Shown here: one piece after another, positions 15,870 through 24,000 of the stretch | Layout of the letters: each line of letters opens with the position of its first letter | Numbering within the stretch: the first letter of the stretch is position 1 | Source of the DNA: Haloplasmataceae bacterium | GTDB taxonomy: Bacteria > Bacillota_I > Bacilli_A > Haloplasmatales > Haloplasmataceae | DNA length: 24,000 nt | Reading direction: 5' to 3' | Assembly (NCBI GenBank): GCA_036562595.1 | Contig: DATCJW010000083.1 | Location: 1-24,000 of the forward strand | Program-made: the position numbers and the translations under genes | Notes under the pieces: generated by a model | What the model was told of the DNA's origin: nothing | The model's database searches: none | The model's input: only the letters and a program-made list of their open reading frames with translations

Positions 15870-16349
15870 ATGATGAAACAGCGCCTAGCTTTCCTGCTCG
15901 TCATCATATGGATGCTCTTTATCTTCGTATGGTCTCACCAAACGGGTCCGGAATCCAGTGAGACGAGCGGGAAAATCATACGTTTTCTTAGCGCCTTAGG
16001 AATAGGCATCACATCCCGTACCGAATTGATTCTTCATCATTTTATTCGGAAGGTAGCTCATTTTTTCGAATACTTTATCCTTTCCCTCTTGTTATTTAAC
16101 TACTTGCGGGAATTGATGGAGGGAAAAGGGCTGTACCTTTGGCCCATTTCGATCAGTTTCCTCTATGCTTGTTCCGATGAGATTCACCAAATATATGTGC
16201 CTGGACGCGTTGGATCATGGAAGGATGTAGTAATCGATACAGCTGGCGCAAGTGCCGCCATGCTTCTCGTTTTCGCCTATCGTAGCCTAAGGAATCACCG
16301 GAAGCCAAACCATAAAGTAATGGATTCGACAAAAAGCGAGTCGCTTTGA
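15870..16349 (+). CDS. VanZ-like family membrane protein
   Basis: 159-aa ORF. RKVAHFFEYFILSLLL and DEIHQIYVPGRVGSWKDVVIDTAGA are the VanZ-like signature regions. The start may be the ATG at 15873. Confidence 0.8.
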   Translation: MMKQRLAFLLVIIWMLFIFVWSHQTGPESSETSGKIIRFLSALGIGITSRTELILHHFIRKVAHFFEYFILSLLLFNYLRELMEGKGLYLWPISISFLYACSDEIHQIYVPGRVGSWKDVVIDTAGASAAMLLVFAYRSLRNHRKPNHKVMDSTKSESL

Positions 16350-16394
16350 CTTCAATTTCCGATATAATAAAAAAAAAGGAAGGCTGGTGAAACG

Positions 16395-17765
16395 GTGGCA
16401 TCTCCTGTCTTCGACTATACTTTTCACCTAAACTATTTACATGATCTGTTGACTAAAGCAGAAGCTTTGGATAAGCGAATCGAATCGGCTTTTTCGTTTC
16501 TGTGCCAACTTTTAAATGCCGATGAGGTGTATTTCAATACCTTTAACGCCAATTTATCCCATGCCAAGGAGACGTTTGTCTGTACCAAATTTGGGTTCGT
16601 TGGTTCCCCATACCAAAGCATTCCCTATAAATCGCATAAAAAAGTGATTCAGGTCTTATCCGAGCAGCAATATTACTACGTAAAGGAAATTGATCAGGAA
16701 ACGGATAAGGACATCCACCATCGCTTTAAGGAACGAGGCATTCGGGGCTTTTGGTTTTACCCCATAGAGGTAAAGGAGACGTTAATCGGCTGCCTTGGCG
16801 TTCGCAATTACTCGAAACCACTATACATCGATCATGCCCACCTCATGCTCATTCGGTTTGTCAGTCGCCTGTTCGCCCAGATCGTTGAAAAAGAATACAG
16901 TTTTTTTAAGTATATGATTAATGACAATCTATATAAATACTTCTTTCAAGCCTTTCCCTTTCCTTTTGTCATCCTTAATGAAGACTATAAAATTATTGAC
17001 GTCAATTCGGCTTTTGAGCAGTTATTCGATATACTGACTTACGAAATCATCTTCCGTGATTTTTTCCAAGTTTTGAACAACTACGATAATGAACGGATTA
17101 AAGCCCAACTCGAGGCCCTGGAACCCTATCGTCCGAGTACTTACGAGATCTTTAAGGTGATCAACCAAGAAAACAAGATCTTAAAACTCCTGATGGTTCG
17201 ACTCGATGACGAACATACCCACTACTATGGCGTCTGTATTGAGGATATTACAGAGATAAAAGTCAATGAGCGCACACTTCACAAGTTGGCCTACCATGAC
17301 CCTTTGTCCGGCTTGCATAATCGGAACTATTTTGAAAAAGTATGCCTTGAACTTGAAACCGAGCCGAATCAGCCGCTGGGGATTATCAGCATCAAGTTGG
17401 ACAATTTAAAGGAGGTCAACTTACAATTTGGCTATGAGGAAGGCGATCGCTTAATCTATTCGGTTGCAGAAGCGATAACGGCAACGATGGGTGCGGAGCG
17501 GCTGATTGCCCGCATCAGTGGTGGAGAATTCATTGTCTTCATCGTCAACAAGGACAAGCATTACATCGAGAAGAAACAGGATGATTTCCAACAACGCCTC
17601 GATGCAATCAAGGCCCATTTAAAAGCTCCCGTGAAACTATCCATGATGATGGCCTATGCCGAAAACAGCTGGGAAATCGGACGCTTATTGGATGAGGTTG
17701 GATATAATAAGAAACGTCTACGGCGAAAACAACGCCAACTCGTGGCCACGCATCAAGATGCATAG
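16395..17765 (+). CDS. GAF-like / PAS / GGDEF-domain signalling protein with a non-canonical active-site motif
   Basis: 456-aa ORF with a GTG start after AAAGGAAGG. PAS-like FVILNEDYKIIDVNSAFEQLF. The GGDEF domain starts at AYHDPLSGLHNRNYF. The active-site position reads RISGGEF (aa 373-379; SGGEF at nt 17517-17531) instead of R-x-GG(D/E)EF. Confidence 0.8.
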   Translation: MASPVFDYTFHLNYLHDLLTKAEALDKRIESAFSFLCQLLNADEVYFNTFNANLSHAKETFVCTKFGFVGSPYQSIPYKSHKKVIQVLSEQQYYYVKEIDQETDKDIHHRFKERGIRGFWFYPIEVKETLIGCLGVRNYSKPLYIDHAHLMLIRFVSRLFAQIVEKEYSFFKYMINDNLYKYFFQAFPFPFVILNEDYKIIDVNSAFEQLFDILTYEIIFRDFFQVLNNYDNERIKAQLEALEPYRPSTYEIFKVINQENKILKLLMVRLDDEHTHYYGVCIEDITEIKVNERTLHKLAYHDPLSGLHNRNYFEKVCLELETEPNQPLGIISIKLDNLKEVNLQFGYEEGDRLIYSVAEAITATMGAERLIARISGGEFIVFIVNKDKHYIEKKQDDFQQRLDAIKAHLKAPVKLSMMMAYAENSWEIGRLLDEVGYNKKRLRRKQRQLVATHQDA

Positions 17766-17792
17766 AAAAACCACCCACATGGGTGGTTTTTT
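17766..17792. terminator. Bidirectional terminator between the GGDEF gene and the pseudouridine synthase gene
   Basis: AAAAACCACCC (17766-17776), loop ACAT, GGGTGGTTTTT (17781-17791). Confidence 0.85.
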
Positions 17793-18717
17793 AAGTGGTT
17801 ACCTCATCCCATAGTTTTTTTAGATCCGCTGGAAGATCGGAGGATACGGTAAGCAGTTGGTCTGTGAAGGGATAGGGGAAGATTAGTTCTGAAGCATGTA
17901 AAGCGGTGCGAGGGAAAGGATTCGGTTGGGCGTGATAGAGTTTATCGCCAATGATTGGGGTCCCGATAGCTGACAGATGAACTCGGATTTGATGGGTACG
18001 GCCCGTTACCAACTCACATTGGACAAGGGCCAATCGATGTTTTGATATGGCGAGGGTCTCGATATGGGTGATCGCCCGTTGTCCAGTTGAGGAGACCCGA
18101 AACCTGTTGGAACGGTGGCGATGCCTTCCAATGGGGAGATCGATTGTTTGTTTTTTAGGGTTAGGGATGCCATCGGTGATTGCCAAGTATCTTCGGATGA
18201 TGCGATTGGCTTTTATTAAAGCATCGTAGCGGGGTTGTAGAAGGCGAGCTTTGATAAAGAGGATAAGGCCGCTCGTCTCATAGTCCAAGCGATGAAGATA
18301 ACGGACGAGACAGCGCTGGTTGGTTTCAAAATAGTAATGACTGACGGCGTTTACTAAAGTCCCGGTCCCTTCTTTGGAAGCGGGATGGACCAAGTAAAAA
18401 GGCGGCTTATTCACAACGAGAAAAAAATCATCTTCATAGGCGATGTCAATCGGGATAGGTTCCGGGATAAAATCTGGTTGATCAAGATTAAAGAAAGGCA
18501 AGCGGAGCCGATCATTGAGCTTTAATCGCAACGAGAAGTTCTGCTTAATGGGCTGATCATTCAGATAAACACGATGGCTCATGCGTAAAAAATGGCGATC
18601 CTTTTTCGAAAACTGGAGTGATTGGAAAAATGTATCGATGGTTTGATTGACATAAGGGTAATCGATGAGGATTTCTAAATCATTATCCATTCGACGGATT
18701 TGCATTTTTGAGTTCAC
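17791..18717 (-). CDS. RluA-family 23S rRNA/tRNA pseudouridine synthase (RluD-like, with an S4-like N-terminus)
   Basis: 308-aa ORF with catalytic motif HRLDYETSGLILF and downstream TGRTHQIRVHL. The start is either GTG 18717 or ATG 18705. Confidence 0.85.
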   Translation of the reverse strand: MNSKMQIRRMDNDLEILIDYPYVNQTIDTFFQSLQFSKKDRHFLRMSHRVYLNDQPIKQNFSLRLKLNDRLRLPFFNLDQPDFIPEPIPIDIAYEDDFFLVVNKPPFYLVHPASKEGTGTLVNAVSHYYFETNQRCLVRYLHRLDYETSGLILFIKARLLQPRYDALIKANRIIRRYLAITDGIPNPKKQTIDLPIGRHRHRSNRFRVSSTGQRAITHIETLAISKHRLALVQCELVTGRTHQIRVHLSAIGTPIIGDKLYHAQPNPFPRTALHASELIFPYPFTDQLLTVSSDLPADLKKLWDEVTT

Positions 18718-18862
18718 CGACCTTACTTTATATCCCCATTATAGCGCATCATATGAAAACCGCCAATGTTTATAACGGATGATGCAGTTTAAAATACGCC
18801 TATTTTGGGTAAGCTATTAAAAGATTATCTTCCTATATAAAACAAGCAAAGGACGTGAACCG

Positions 18863-19699
18863 ATGGATCGTCTAGTCGAGCTAGGCATTATTCATTTTGC
18901 GAAAAACCTTATGATCGCCCTTTTAATACTTCTCATCGGATTGTACTTGATCCGGTCCTTGCAGCGCTTGATTGAAAACCGTATGGAGCGGAAACGGGTG
19001 GATCCTTCACTTCAAAGTTTTCTGTTGCCACTCGTTCGCATGACCCTTTTGATTGTGTTAGGAATTACCGTCATACGACAGCTGGGAGTGGAGGCTACCT
19101 CTCTCATTGCCCTCATTACTTCCGCAGGTCTAGCGGTGGGGCTTGCCCTACAAGGCAGCCTATCCAATGTAGCCGGCGGTGTCTTGATTCTCCTATTGAA
19201 ACCCTTTCGGGTAGGAGACTATATTGAAGTCGATGACTATCGCGGGACGGTAAAGAACATTTCGATTTACTATACGGAACTAAAAACCGATGACGGTCAA
19301 CAAGTCGTAATTCCAAACGGGGATATCGTTAGTACTAGCGTGGTAAATTACTCCACCTATCCAGAACAACGGTTTGATTTGACCATTCCGGTTTCCTATC
19401 AAGATGATCCGATTAGGGTTCGCCAGCTTCTGCAAAGCCTGATGCACGAGGTTCCGACCTTTTTGGAGGATCCTGCACCAAGCGTCTTTCTAAAGGGTTT
19501 TACCGAACACGCCATCGAATTTACCCTACGAGGTTGGGTCAGGCGTGAACACTATCGAGAAACGTTAGACCAACTTTTACCGCTTATTAAGAAGACATTT
19601 AATCAGGAAAACATTATGTTGCCGTATCCACAGCTTGTCGTTCACCTTCATCCAACCTCTCCAATTCCTTATAAAAAGAATGGAAATTCGGGATCATGA
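18863..19699 (+). CDS. mscS: Small-conductance mechanosensitive channel (MscS family)
   Basis: 278-aa ORF with three N-terminal TM segments and the pore-helix region SAGLAVGLALQGSLSNVAGGVLILLLKPFRVGDYIE. Confidence 0.85.
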   Translation: MDRLVELGIIHFAKNLMIALLILLIGLYLIRSLQRLIENRMERKRVDPSLQSFLLPLVRMTLLIVLGITVIRQLGVEATSLIALITSAGLAVGLALQGSLSNVAGGVLILLLKPFRVGDYIEVDDYRGTVKNISIYYTELKTDDGQQVVIPNGDIVSTSVVNYSTYPEQRFDLTIPVSYQDDPIRVRQLLQSLMHEVPTFLEDPAPSVFLKGFTEHAIEFTLRGWVRREHYRETLDQLLPLIKKTFNQENIMLPYPQLVVHLHPTSPIPYKKNGNSGS

Positions 19700-19711
19700 A
19701 GGAGTGAGACG

Positions 19712-19924
19712 ATGCCAAAAAAACAATCCGAGGAGTCGAAAATGACCGTCGTACAAGGCCTCGCTAGCGACATCACCCTTGTACCCAGTTCGTTTATCGA
19801 TGCTTCAGCCATCCCAGTTATGGGGGGCATTGTCCAAATTTATGAGGTGGAAGTTGGGGAAGAAGTAGAGGGCACGTCAAAAGATACAAGCAGAATAATC
19901 CATAAAAACAATAAAAGAAAATAG
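19712..19924 (+). CDS. Small hypothetical protein (70 aa)
   Basis: AAGGAG RBS 7 nt upstream of the ATG, which lies 13 nt after the mscS stop. Acidic core with a basic tail (KNNKRK). I recognise no family. Confidence 0.45.
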   Translation: MPKKQSEESKMTVVQGLASDITLVPSSFIDASAIPVMGGIVQIYEVEVGEEVEGTSKDTSRIIHKNNKRK

Positions 19925-19940
19925 ACATCAAGATAAAAGG

Positions 19941-19974
19941 GGCTGAAAGCCGCCTAGTACGGCATATTTCAGCC
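19941..19974 (-). terminator. Terminator of the zinc-uptake operon (may also serve the plus-strand genes)
   Basis: GGCTGAAAGCCG (19941-19952), a 7-nt loop, then CGGC-ATA-TTTCAGCC (19960-19974). On the minus strand it is followed by CCUUUUAUCUU, directly after the zur stop at 19976-19978. Confidence 0.7.
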
Positions 19975-19975
19975 T

Positions 19976-20386
19976 CTAATGCTTTTGGCAATTCGGACAA
20001 AGGCCAAAAAAGTCAAGACGATGGCTAGTAATGAGAAAATGTGTAGTCGCCTCGATTTGGGACTCCAACTCGGGAATGGGACAGTGATCGACTTCAACTA
20101 CTGTTTGGCAGTTCAGACAAGTCAAGTAATGTTTGTGCCCTTCGTTTAAGGCATAGTAAGCTTTGTTATCGAAATACGTTTTGGTTACAATCTGGTGCGC
20201 TTCAAATAAATCCAGGATCCGGTAGACCGTCGAAAGGTTGATCGATTCATTCTGTTCATGAAGTTTATGATAGATGGTTTCCGCATTGAGGGGTAACCGT
20301 TCGTTTTTCATCATGTTGTAGACTAATTGGCGTTGTGTGGTAAGCCGTAGGCCTTTTTGTGCCAAAAGAGTCTTTAAATTACCCAT
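19976..20386 (-). CDS. zur: Fur-family metalloregulator, Zur by context
   Basis: 136-aa ORF with a winged-helix region (LSTVYRILDLFEAHQIV) and the structural zinc site C-x2-C (CLNC) ... C-x2-C (CPNC). It is the last gene of a zinc ABC operon and overlaps the permease by 8 nt. Confidence 0.75.
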   Translation of the reverse strand: MGNLKTLLAQKGLRLTTQRQLVYNMMKNERLPLNAETIYHKLHEQNESINLSTVYRILDLFEAHQIVTKTYFDNKAYYALNEGHKHYLTCLNCQTVVEVDHCPIPELESQIEATTHFLITSHRLDFFGLCPNCQKH

Positions 20387-21221
20387 TTAAGTGACCCCCT
20401 TTAAATTGTCTAAACGCATAAGCCAGGGCAAATAACGCCCCATTGGCTAGAACAATGGATGCCCCAGGAGAGGTATTGAATAGGATTGATGCCGATAGGC
20501 CGCTGATGACCGCGAGAACGCTTATGAGGATGGCGGAAACTATAGTCTGTTTAAAACCTTTAGTCAATTGTAGAGCAGTAACGGTTGGAAAGATGATGAG
20601 GCTGGATATGAGCATTACACCGATCATACGGATGCCAAGGATAATCGTAAGCGACGTGAGGATGGCCATGAGATAATTCGCAAAGCGTGAGGGGACCGTG
20701 ACACGGGCGAACTCCTCGTCATAGGTGATAGAAAAAAGTGGGTAATAGTAAAAGAGGACAGAGAAGACCACGATAAGCGTGAGAAGAATAGAGAGGATGA
20801 GGTCGAGTTGTGACGTCGTAATGATGCTGCCAAAAAGGTAGTTGTTAATGCTAACGTTAATGCTTTTGCTGGAGTTGATGACAACATAACCAAGGGCAAG
20901 GGCAAAGGACGAAACGAGTCCAATGGCCGCATCGCCGTAAATATTGGTTTTTTCGTTTATGTATAAAATTAAAACACTTGCAAGGCTCACGAAGGGAATG
21001 GAAAAAAGAAGGGGAGATTGGCCTAAGACTAAAGCGATGGCGACACTGGCGAAACTAACGTGGGCTAAGCCATCGCCAACGAGTGAGTATTTTCGTAATA
21101 CAAGAAAGTTACCCAATACGGCACTGCTAATCGCAATCAGTATTCCAATGATAAAAGCGCGTTGAAAGAAACTGTATTGTAAGGATTCCATGAGGGGTTC
21201 AAGCACAGGGTTCACCTCCAT
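20379..21221 (-). CDS. znuB: Metal (zinc) ABC transporter permease
   Basis: Polytopic ABC-3 type permease. The track ORF (315 aa) runs into the ATPase gene. I prefer the ATG at 21221 (MEVNPVLEPLMESLQYSFFQRAF...), or possibly 21191. A typical ZnuB/AdcB N-terminus begins just before the YxFxQRA motif. Confidence 0.8.
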   Translation of the reverse strand: MEVNPVLEPLMESLQYSFFQRAFIIGILIAISSAVLGNFLVLRKYSLVGDGLAHVSFASVAIALVLGQSPLLFSIPFVSLASVLILYINEKTNIYGDAAIGLVSSFALALGYVVINSSKSINVSINNYLFGSIITTSQLDLILSILLTLIVVFSVLFYYYPLFSITYDEEFARVTVPSRFANYLMAILTSLTIILGIRMIGVMLISSLIIFPTVTALQLTKGFKQTIVSAILISVLAVISGLSASILFNTSPGASIVLANGALFALAYAFRQFKGGHLNG

Positions 21222-21927
21222 GGCGCGTGTGGTGAGTATGGAAGCTAGGCATGAATTGATCAAGGTAGTCATGATAAGAGCCATAAAATCGGATGGACCG
21301 ATCGAGATATAGTATTTTATTTTCACACTTTAAGTGTCGAGCCACATCATGGGTAACGAGAAGGATCGTCATATCCGCTGCCAAGTTGAGTTCTTCTAGG
21401 AGATGGTAGAAGTTGGCTTTAAAATCAGGGTCCAGGGCGGATGTCGGTTCATCGAGAATCAAGACTTTTGGATTGGTTACGAGTGCACGTGCGAGAAAGA
21501 CTCGCTGTTGTTGTCCACCTGAAAGGGTCCCGATCTTGCGATCTTTTAGGTGCAGAATACCAAGGTTATCCAGTGTTTGTTCGATACGCGTTCGATCCCG
21601 TCTGGTGATAAAGAATGGAAAGTGTTTTTCAACGAGAAGCCCTGTACTGACGACTTCAAAGACGGTGGCAGGGAAAAAGGCGTCCTTGGTAAATGACCGT
21701 TGGGGAAGATAGCCAAAGAAATTTTTTTGTTGAACATGTTGGGTGATCTTTCCTTTTGTTGGTAAGACCTGACCCAAAAGCGTTTTTAAAAGGGTGGATT
21801 TCCCCGCTCCATTTGGGCCAATAATGCTGATAAAATCTCCTTCATATACGTCAAACGTGACATCCTCAAGGGCAATAAGCTCACCGTATTTGACGGTAAG
21901 ATTTTGAACAGAAAGGAGTTTATTCAC
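21199..21927 (-). CDS. znuC: Metal (zinc) ABC transporter ATP-binding protein
   Basis: GTG start at 21927. Contains Walker A GPNGAGKST, signature LSGGQQQR and Walker B LILDEPTS. It overlaps both the SBP gene and the permease gene. Confidence 0.9.
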   Translation of the reverse strand: MNKLLSVQNLTVKYGELIALEDVTFDVYEGDFISIIGPNGAGKSTLLKTLLGQVLPTKGKITQHVQQKNFFGYLPQRSFTKDAFFPATVFEVVSTGLLVEKHFPFFITRRDRTRIEQTLDNLGILHLKDRKIGTLSGGQQQRVFLARALVTNPKVLILDEPTSALDPDFKANFYHLLEELNLAADMTILLVTHDVARHLKCENKILYLDRSIRFYGSYHDYLDQFMPSFHTHHTRHGGEPCA

Positions 21928-22894
21928 GGGTAGTCAATCCTTTCTTTAAGTTCTCATAATTTTTTTGCATGAGGGAGAGATAGGTTTCTCCTTGTTCGAG
22001 TTCCTGCAAGGTGATGTGATGAAGTCCATGCAAGACAAGAATTTCAACTTCAAAGCCTTGTTTTTTTAACTCCTCTTGTATGGTGTGAGCGGTTTGGCTA
22101 TCAATAAACTCCTCCTGAAAGATCGCGCGCTGATTGGTTTCTTTAACGAGTTCAATAAGCTTAATGATGTCTTGCGGGGTGATGTCCTCATCGGGAGAAT
22201 AGCTCTCGAAGATGCTTTGAATGTTTAACTCGTAGTCTAAGGCAAAGTATCCAAGCGCAAAATGGCCGCCGTGGATGATTGTTTTGTCGTCGAGTGCGGC
22301 AAACAAATCACGAAATGCCTGATCGAGCTTGAGAAGCTCCTGTTTGTATTGTGCAGCATTTTGTTGGAAAAGGTCATGGTGTTCAGGTTTTAGCTGACTC
22401 ATCGCCTCTTCAATCGTATCAATCATAATAGTGGCATTGGATAGACTTGTCCAAGTATGGGGATCGAGATGCTCATGATGCCCCTTTTCATGATGATGGT
22501 GAGCTGTTGTTTCCTTAAACGTAACGTTTTGGCTGGCATTAAGGATGATGAGTTGCTTGTTTTCAATGGCGCCCATCACGCGATCTTTTACCCAAGGTTC
22601 CATAAGGTCATTTGTATAGATGAACAAATCGCTTCGATTTAAACGAATGAGATCTTGGGGAGTCGGTTCATAATGATGGGGCTCTACCCCAGGCTTAAGA
22701 AGAAGCGACACCTCGACGAGGTCACCCCCGATCGCCTTTGCAAAATCGTATTGGGGGAAAAGTGTGGTGCATATTTTTAGTGTATCGGGGCTATCCGAAA
22801 ATTGACATCCAAAATAGGCTGGCTGTTTTGATTTACAGGCGGATAAGAGGAAAAAAACTAAGATAAATAATACGAAATAGAATCGTTTGAACAT
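21920..22894 (-). CDS. znuA: Zinc ABC transporter substrate-binding lipoprotein (cluster A-I / TroA-like, with a His-rich loop)
   Basis: I prefer the ATG at 22894 (GGAGGG RBS, 8-nt spacer), giving MFKRFYFVLFILVFFLLSAC with a lipobox. The His-rich loop TTAHHHHEKGHHEHLDPH is typical of Zn-specific SBPs. The track start at 22954 would lie inside the promoter and operator. Confidence 0.85.
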   Translation of the reverse strand: MFKRFYFVLFILVFFLLSACKSKQPAYFGCQFSDSPDTLKICTTLFPQYDFAKAIGGDLVEVSLLLKPGVEPHHYEPTPQDLIRLNRSDLFIYTNDLMEPWVKDRVMGAIENKQLIILNASQNVTFKETTAHHHHEKGHHEHLDPHTWTSLSNATIMIDTIEEAMSQLKPEHHDLFQQNAAQYKQELLKLDQAFRDLFAALDDKTIIHGGHFALGYFALDYELNIQSIFESYSPDEDITPQDIIKLIELVKETNQRAIFQEEFIDSQTAHTIQEELKKQGFEVEILVLHGLHHITLQELEQGETYLSLMQKNYENLKKGLTTRE

Positions 22895-22925
22895 GGGTTT
22901 ATCCCTCCGAAATGTTGTCGTTACC

Positions 22926-22964
22926 ATTATACGCCTTGTTATATGCAAATGCAAATTATTTGCA
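22926..22964 (-). promoter_or_regulatory. znuA promoter with an overlapping 7-1-7 palindromic operator (candidate Zur box)
   Basis: On the minus strand: TTGCAT (22954-22949), a 17-nt spacer, then TATAAT (22931-22926). The perfect palindrome TGCAAAT-T-ATTTGCA at 22950-22964 overlaps the -35 element. Confidence 0.6.
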
Positions 22965-23052
22965 ATTAAAAGAGCAACTTGATACTACCCAATTGAAACA
23001 AAGTCCTGTATTATTAAATAAAGGATTTTTTATGCAAACATTGGAGGTGTAC

Positions 23053-23526
23053 ATGATGCCCCTTGTCACAAGTGCTCTTTTTCTATTGACCTTTTGTTAT
23101 TTTGTCTTTTTAAATGTCTATTTTATCCGCATCTTAGTCCGCTACGATTTAAGTGAAAAAAAGGACTATACGAAAGAACAGCTTGATCGCCTATTAGGCA
23201 GACGTATCGCCCTTCTGCTTCTCAATCAAATCGTCATGTTTTTGGTGTGTTCCTATTTTGAATACCGCATGCGTTATCTTGTTTACATCACGAAAATACA
23301 AGGGCTTATCGTTTTCGGAATCATCGCCTTTCTCATGGCCTTTTTCTTTATCGGATGGTATTTCTTTATTGGCCCATCGATTGAACAATCGATAAAACGA
23401 CGGTTTGGGTTCGACATCGCCGGTTCTGTCCTCTATTTTAATCCCCTTTTCATCATCATCCTTTTTAGTATTTGCATGGGATTTCTAATGTCTGTCCTTT
23501 TTTCTCTCATTAATTACTTTCGATAA
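23053..23526 (+). CDS. Hypothetical membrane protein (about 4 TM)
   Basis: GGAGG at 23043-23047 sits 5 nt before the ATG at 23053 (MMPLVTSALFLLTFCYFVFL...). The track start at 22912 would overlap the divergent znuA promoter. Confidence 0.55.
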   Translation: MMPLVTSALFLLTFCYFVFLNVYFIRILVRYDLSEKKDYTKEQLDRLLGRRIALLLLNQIVMFLVCSYFEYRMRYLVYITKIQGLIVFGIIAFLMAFFFIGWYFFIGPSIEQSIKRRFGFDIAGSVLYFNPLFIIILFSICMGFLMSVLFSLINYFR

Positions 23527-23598
23527 CGTTCGTTTTTCTTTGGTATTTAAACCTGAATTCGGCAAAACAAACCGTTTTTGTGGATAAATGAGCCATAT

Positions 23599-23627
23599 TT
23601 GAACAAAATGATGATGTGTGCTATAAT
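23599..23627 (+). promoter_or_regulatory. Promoter of the bL25/Ctc gene
   Basis: TTGAAC at 23599-23604, a 17-nt spacer, then TGcTATAAT (extended -10) with TATAAT at 23622-23627. Confidence 0.6.
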
Positions 23628-23694
23628 AATCTTATTCTAGATATCCAAATTTTGGGAGAAAAAGGAAATAAGAAAAAGAGAAAGGAGTCTAAGT

Positions 23695-24000
23695 ATGCGA
23701 GTACAACTTCGAAAAGAGCGAGGTTCAAAAGTTCGAGAATTAGGCTATATTCCAGGTGTTTTCTACGGAAAGGACATTGAAACGACGATGATCCAGACGG
23801 ATGAAAAGTCGTTGAAGAAGATGTTTAATGAGATGGGGTATACGAGAAGTTTTGACATTGAACTCAATGGAGAAAGACATTCGGTCGTTATACGAGACAT
23901 CCAATTCGACATCTTAAATCATAACCAAATCATCCATTTTGACCTGTTGAAAGTGTCTGAAGACGACGTTATCACGGCGTTTATTCCGATACGACTGGTC
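23695..24000 (+). CDS. rplY: 50S ribosomal protein bL25 / general stress protein Ctc (5' part; runs off the window)
   Basis: AAAGGAG RBS. MRVQLRKERGSKVRELGYIPGVFYGKD...LNGERHSVVIRDIQFDILNHNQIIHFDLLKV aligns with Ctc/L25 (PG-x-YGK, GE-x-HSV, D-x-Q-x-D). Confidence 0.85.
   Translation, partial: MRVQLRKERGSKVRELGYIPGVFYGKDIETTMIQTDEKSLKKMFNEMGYTRSFDIELNGERHSVVIRDIQFDILNHNQIIHFDLLKVSEDDVITAFIPIRLV

Noticed and set aside
20379-21326. N-terminal 35-aa extension of the zinc permease ORF given in the track
   Set aside because: The extension lies inside the upstream ATPase gene. Typical ZnuB/AdcB proteins start just before the YxFxQRA motif, so I moved the start to 21221.
22895-22954. 20-aa N-terminal extension of the zinc SBP ORF
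   Set aside because: The ATG at 22894 has a GGAGGG RBS and yields a proper lipoprotein signal peptide. The extension would run through the promoter's -10 and -35 elements.
22912-23052. 47-aa N-terminal extension of the 204-aa plus-strand ORF
   Set aside because: It has no RBS and overlaps the divergent znuA promoter and operator. GGAGG precedes the internal ATG at 23053.
1-24000. Search for CRISPR arrays, tRNA/rRNA genes, IS elements, integrases or prophage genes
   Set aside because: I saw no regularly spaced repeats, cloverleaf-like sequences, transposase- or integrase-like ORFs, or long terminal inverted repeats.

Overview
This window looks like a chromosomal segment from a low-GC, endospore-forming Bacillota-type genome. 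The evidence is a partial SpoIID-domain gene, a T-box leader, strong AGGAGG Shine-Dalgarno sites, lipoprotein lipoboxes and many intrinsic terminators. Most of it is ordinary housekeeping, transport and stress content. In order: a HutP-family protein followed by a COG2984-type ABC transporter (SBP, permease, ATPase), an MFS transporter, an Ile-specific T-box leader with a long type-2 ileS, a small ferredoxin, Dps, Tpx, a polyprenol/phytol-kinase-like membrane protein, AzoR, three orphan genes, VanZ, a GAF-PAS-GGDEF protein, an RluA-family pseudouridine synthase, MscS, a zinc-uptake operon (SBP, ATPase, permease, Zur) and the start of bL25/Ctc. The stand-out is a self-contained two-gene cassette at 10952-12749 with its own promoter and terminator. 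It encodes an AAA_21/ABC-type ATPase with intact Walker A, signature, Walker B and H-loop motifs. Its stop overlaps by 8 nt the start of a 234-aa protein carrying a textbook HEPN RNase motif (R-N-x-x-x-H). This fits the ATPase-sensor plus nuclease-effector logic of anti-phage systems and resembles a split PrrC/RloC, but I do not recognise the pairing as a named defence system. Secondary items are a possible HutP-type antitermination switch controlling the ABC transporter, a non-canonical 7-1-7 Zur-like operator, a degenerate GGDEF active site, and a 490-bp gene-free gap. I saw no tRNA or rRNA genes, CRISPR arrays, transposases or integrases. All family calls come from motif recognition by eye; no database search was run.
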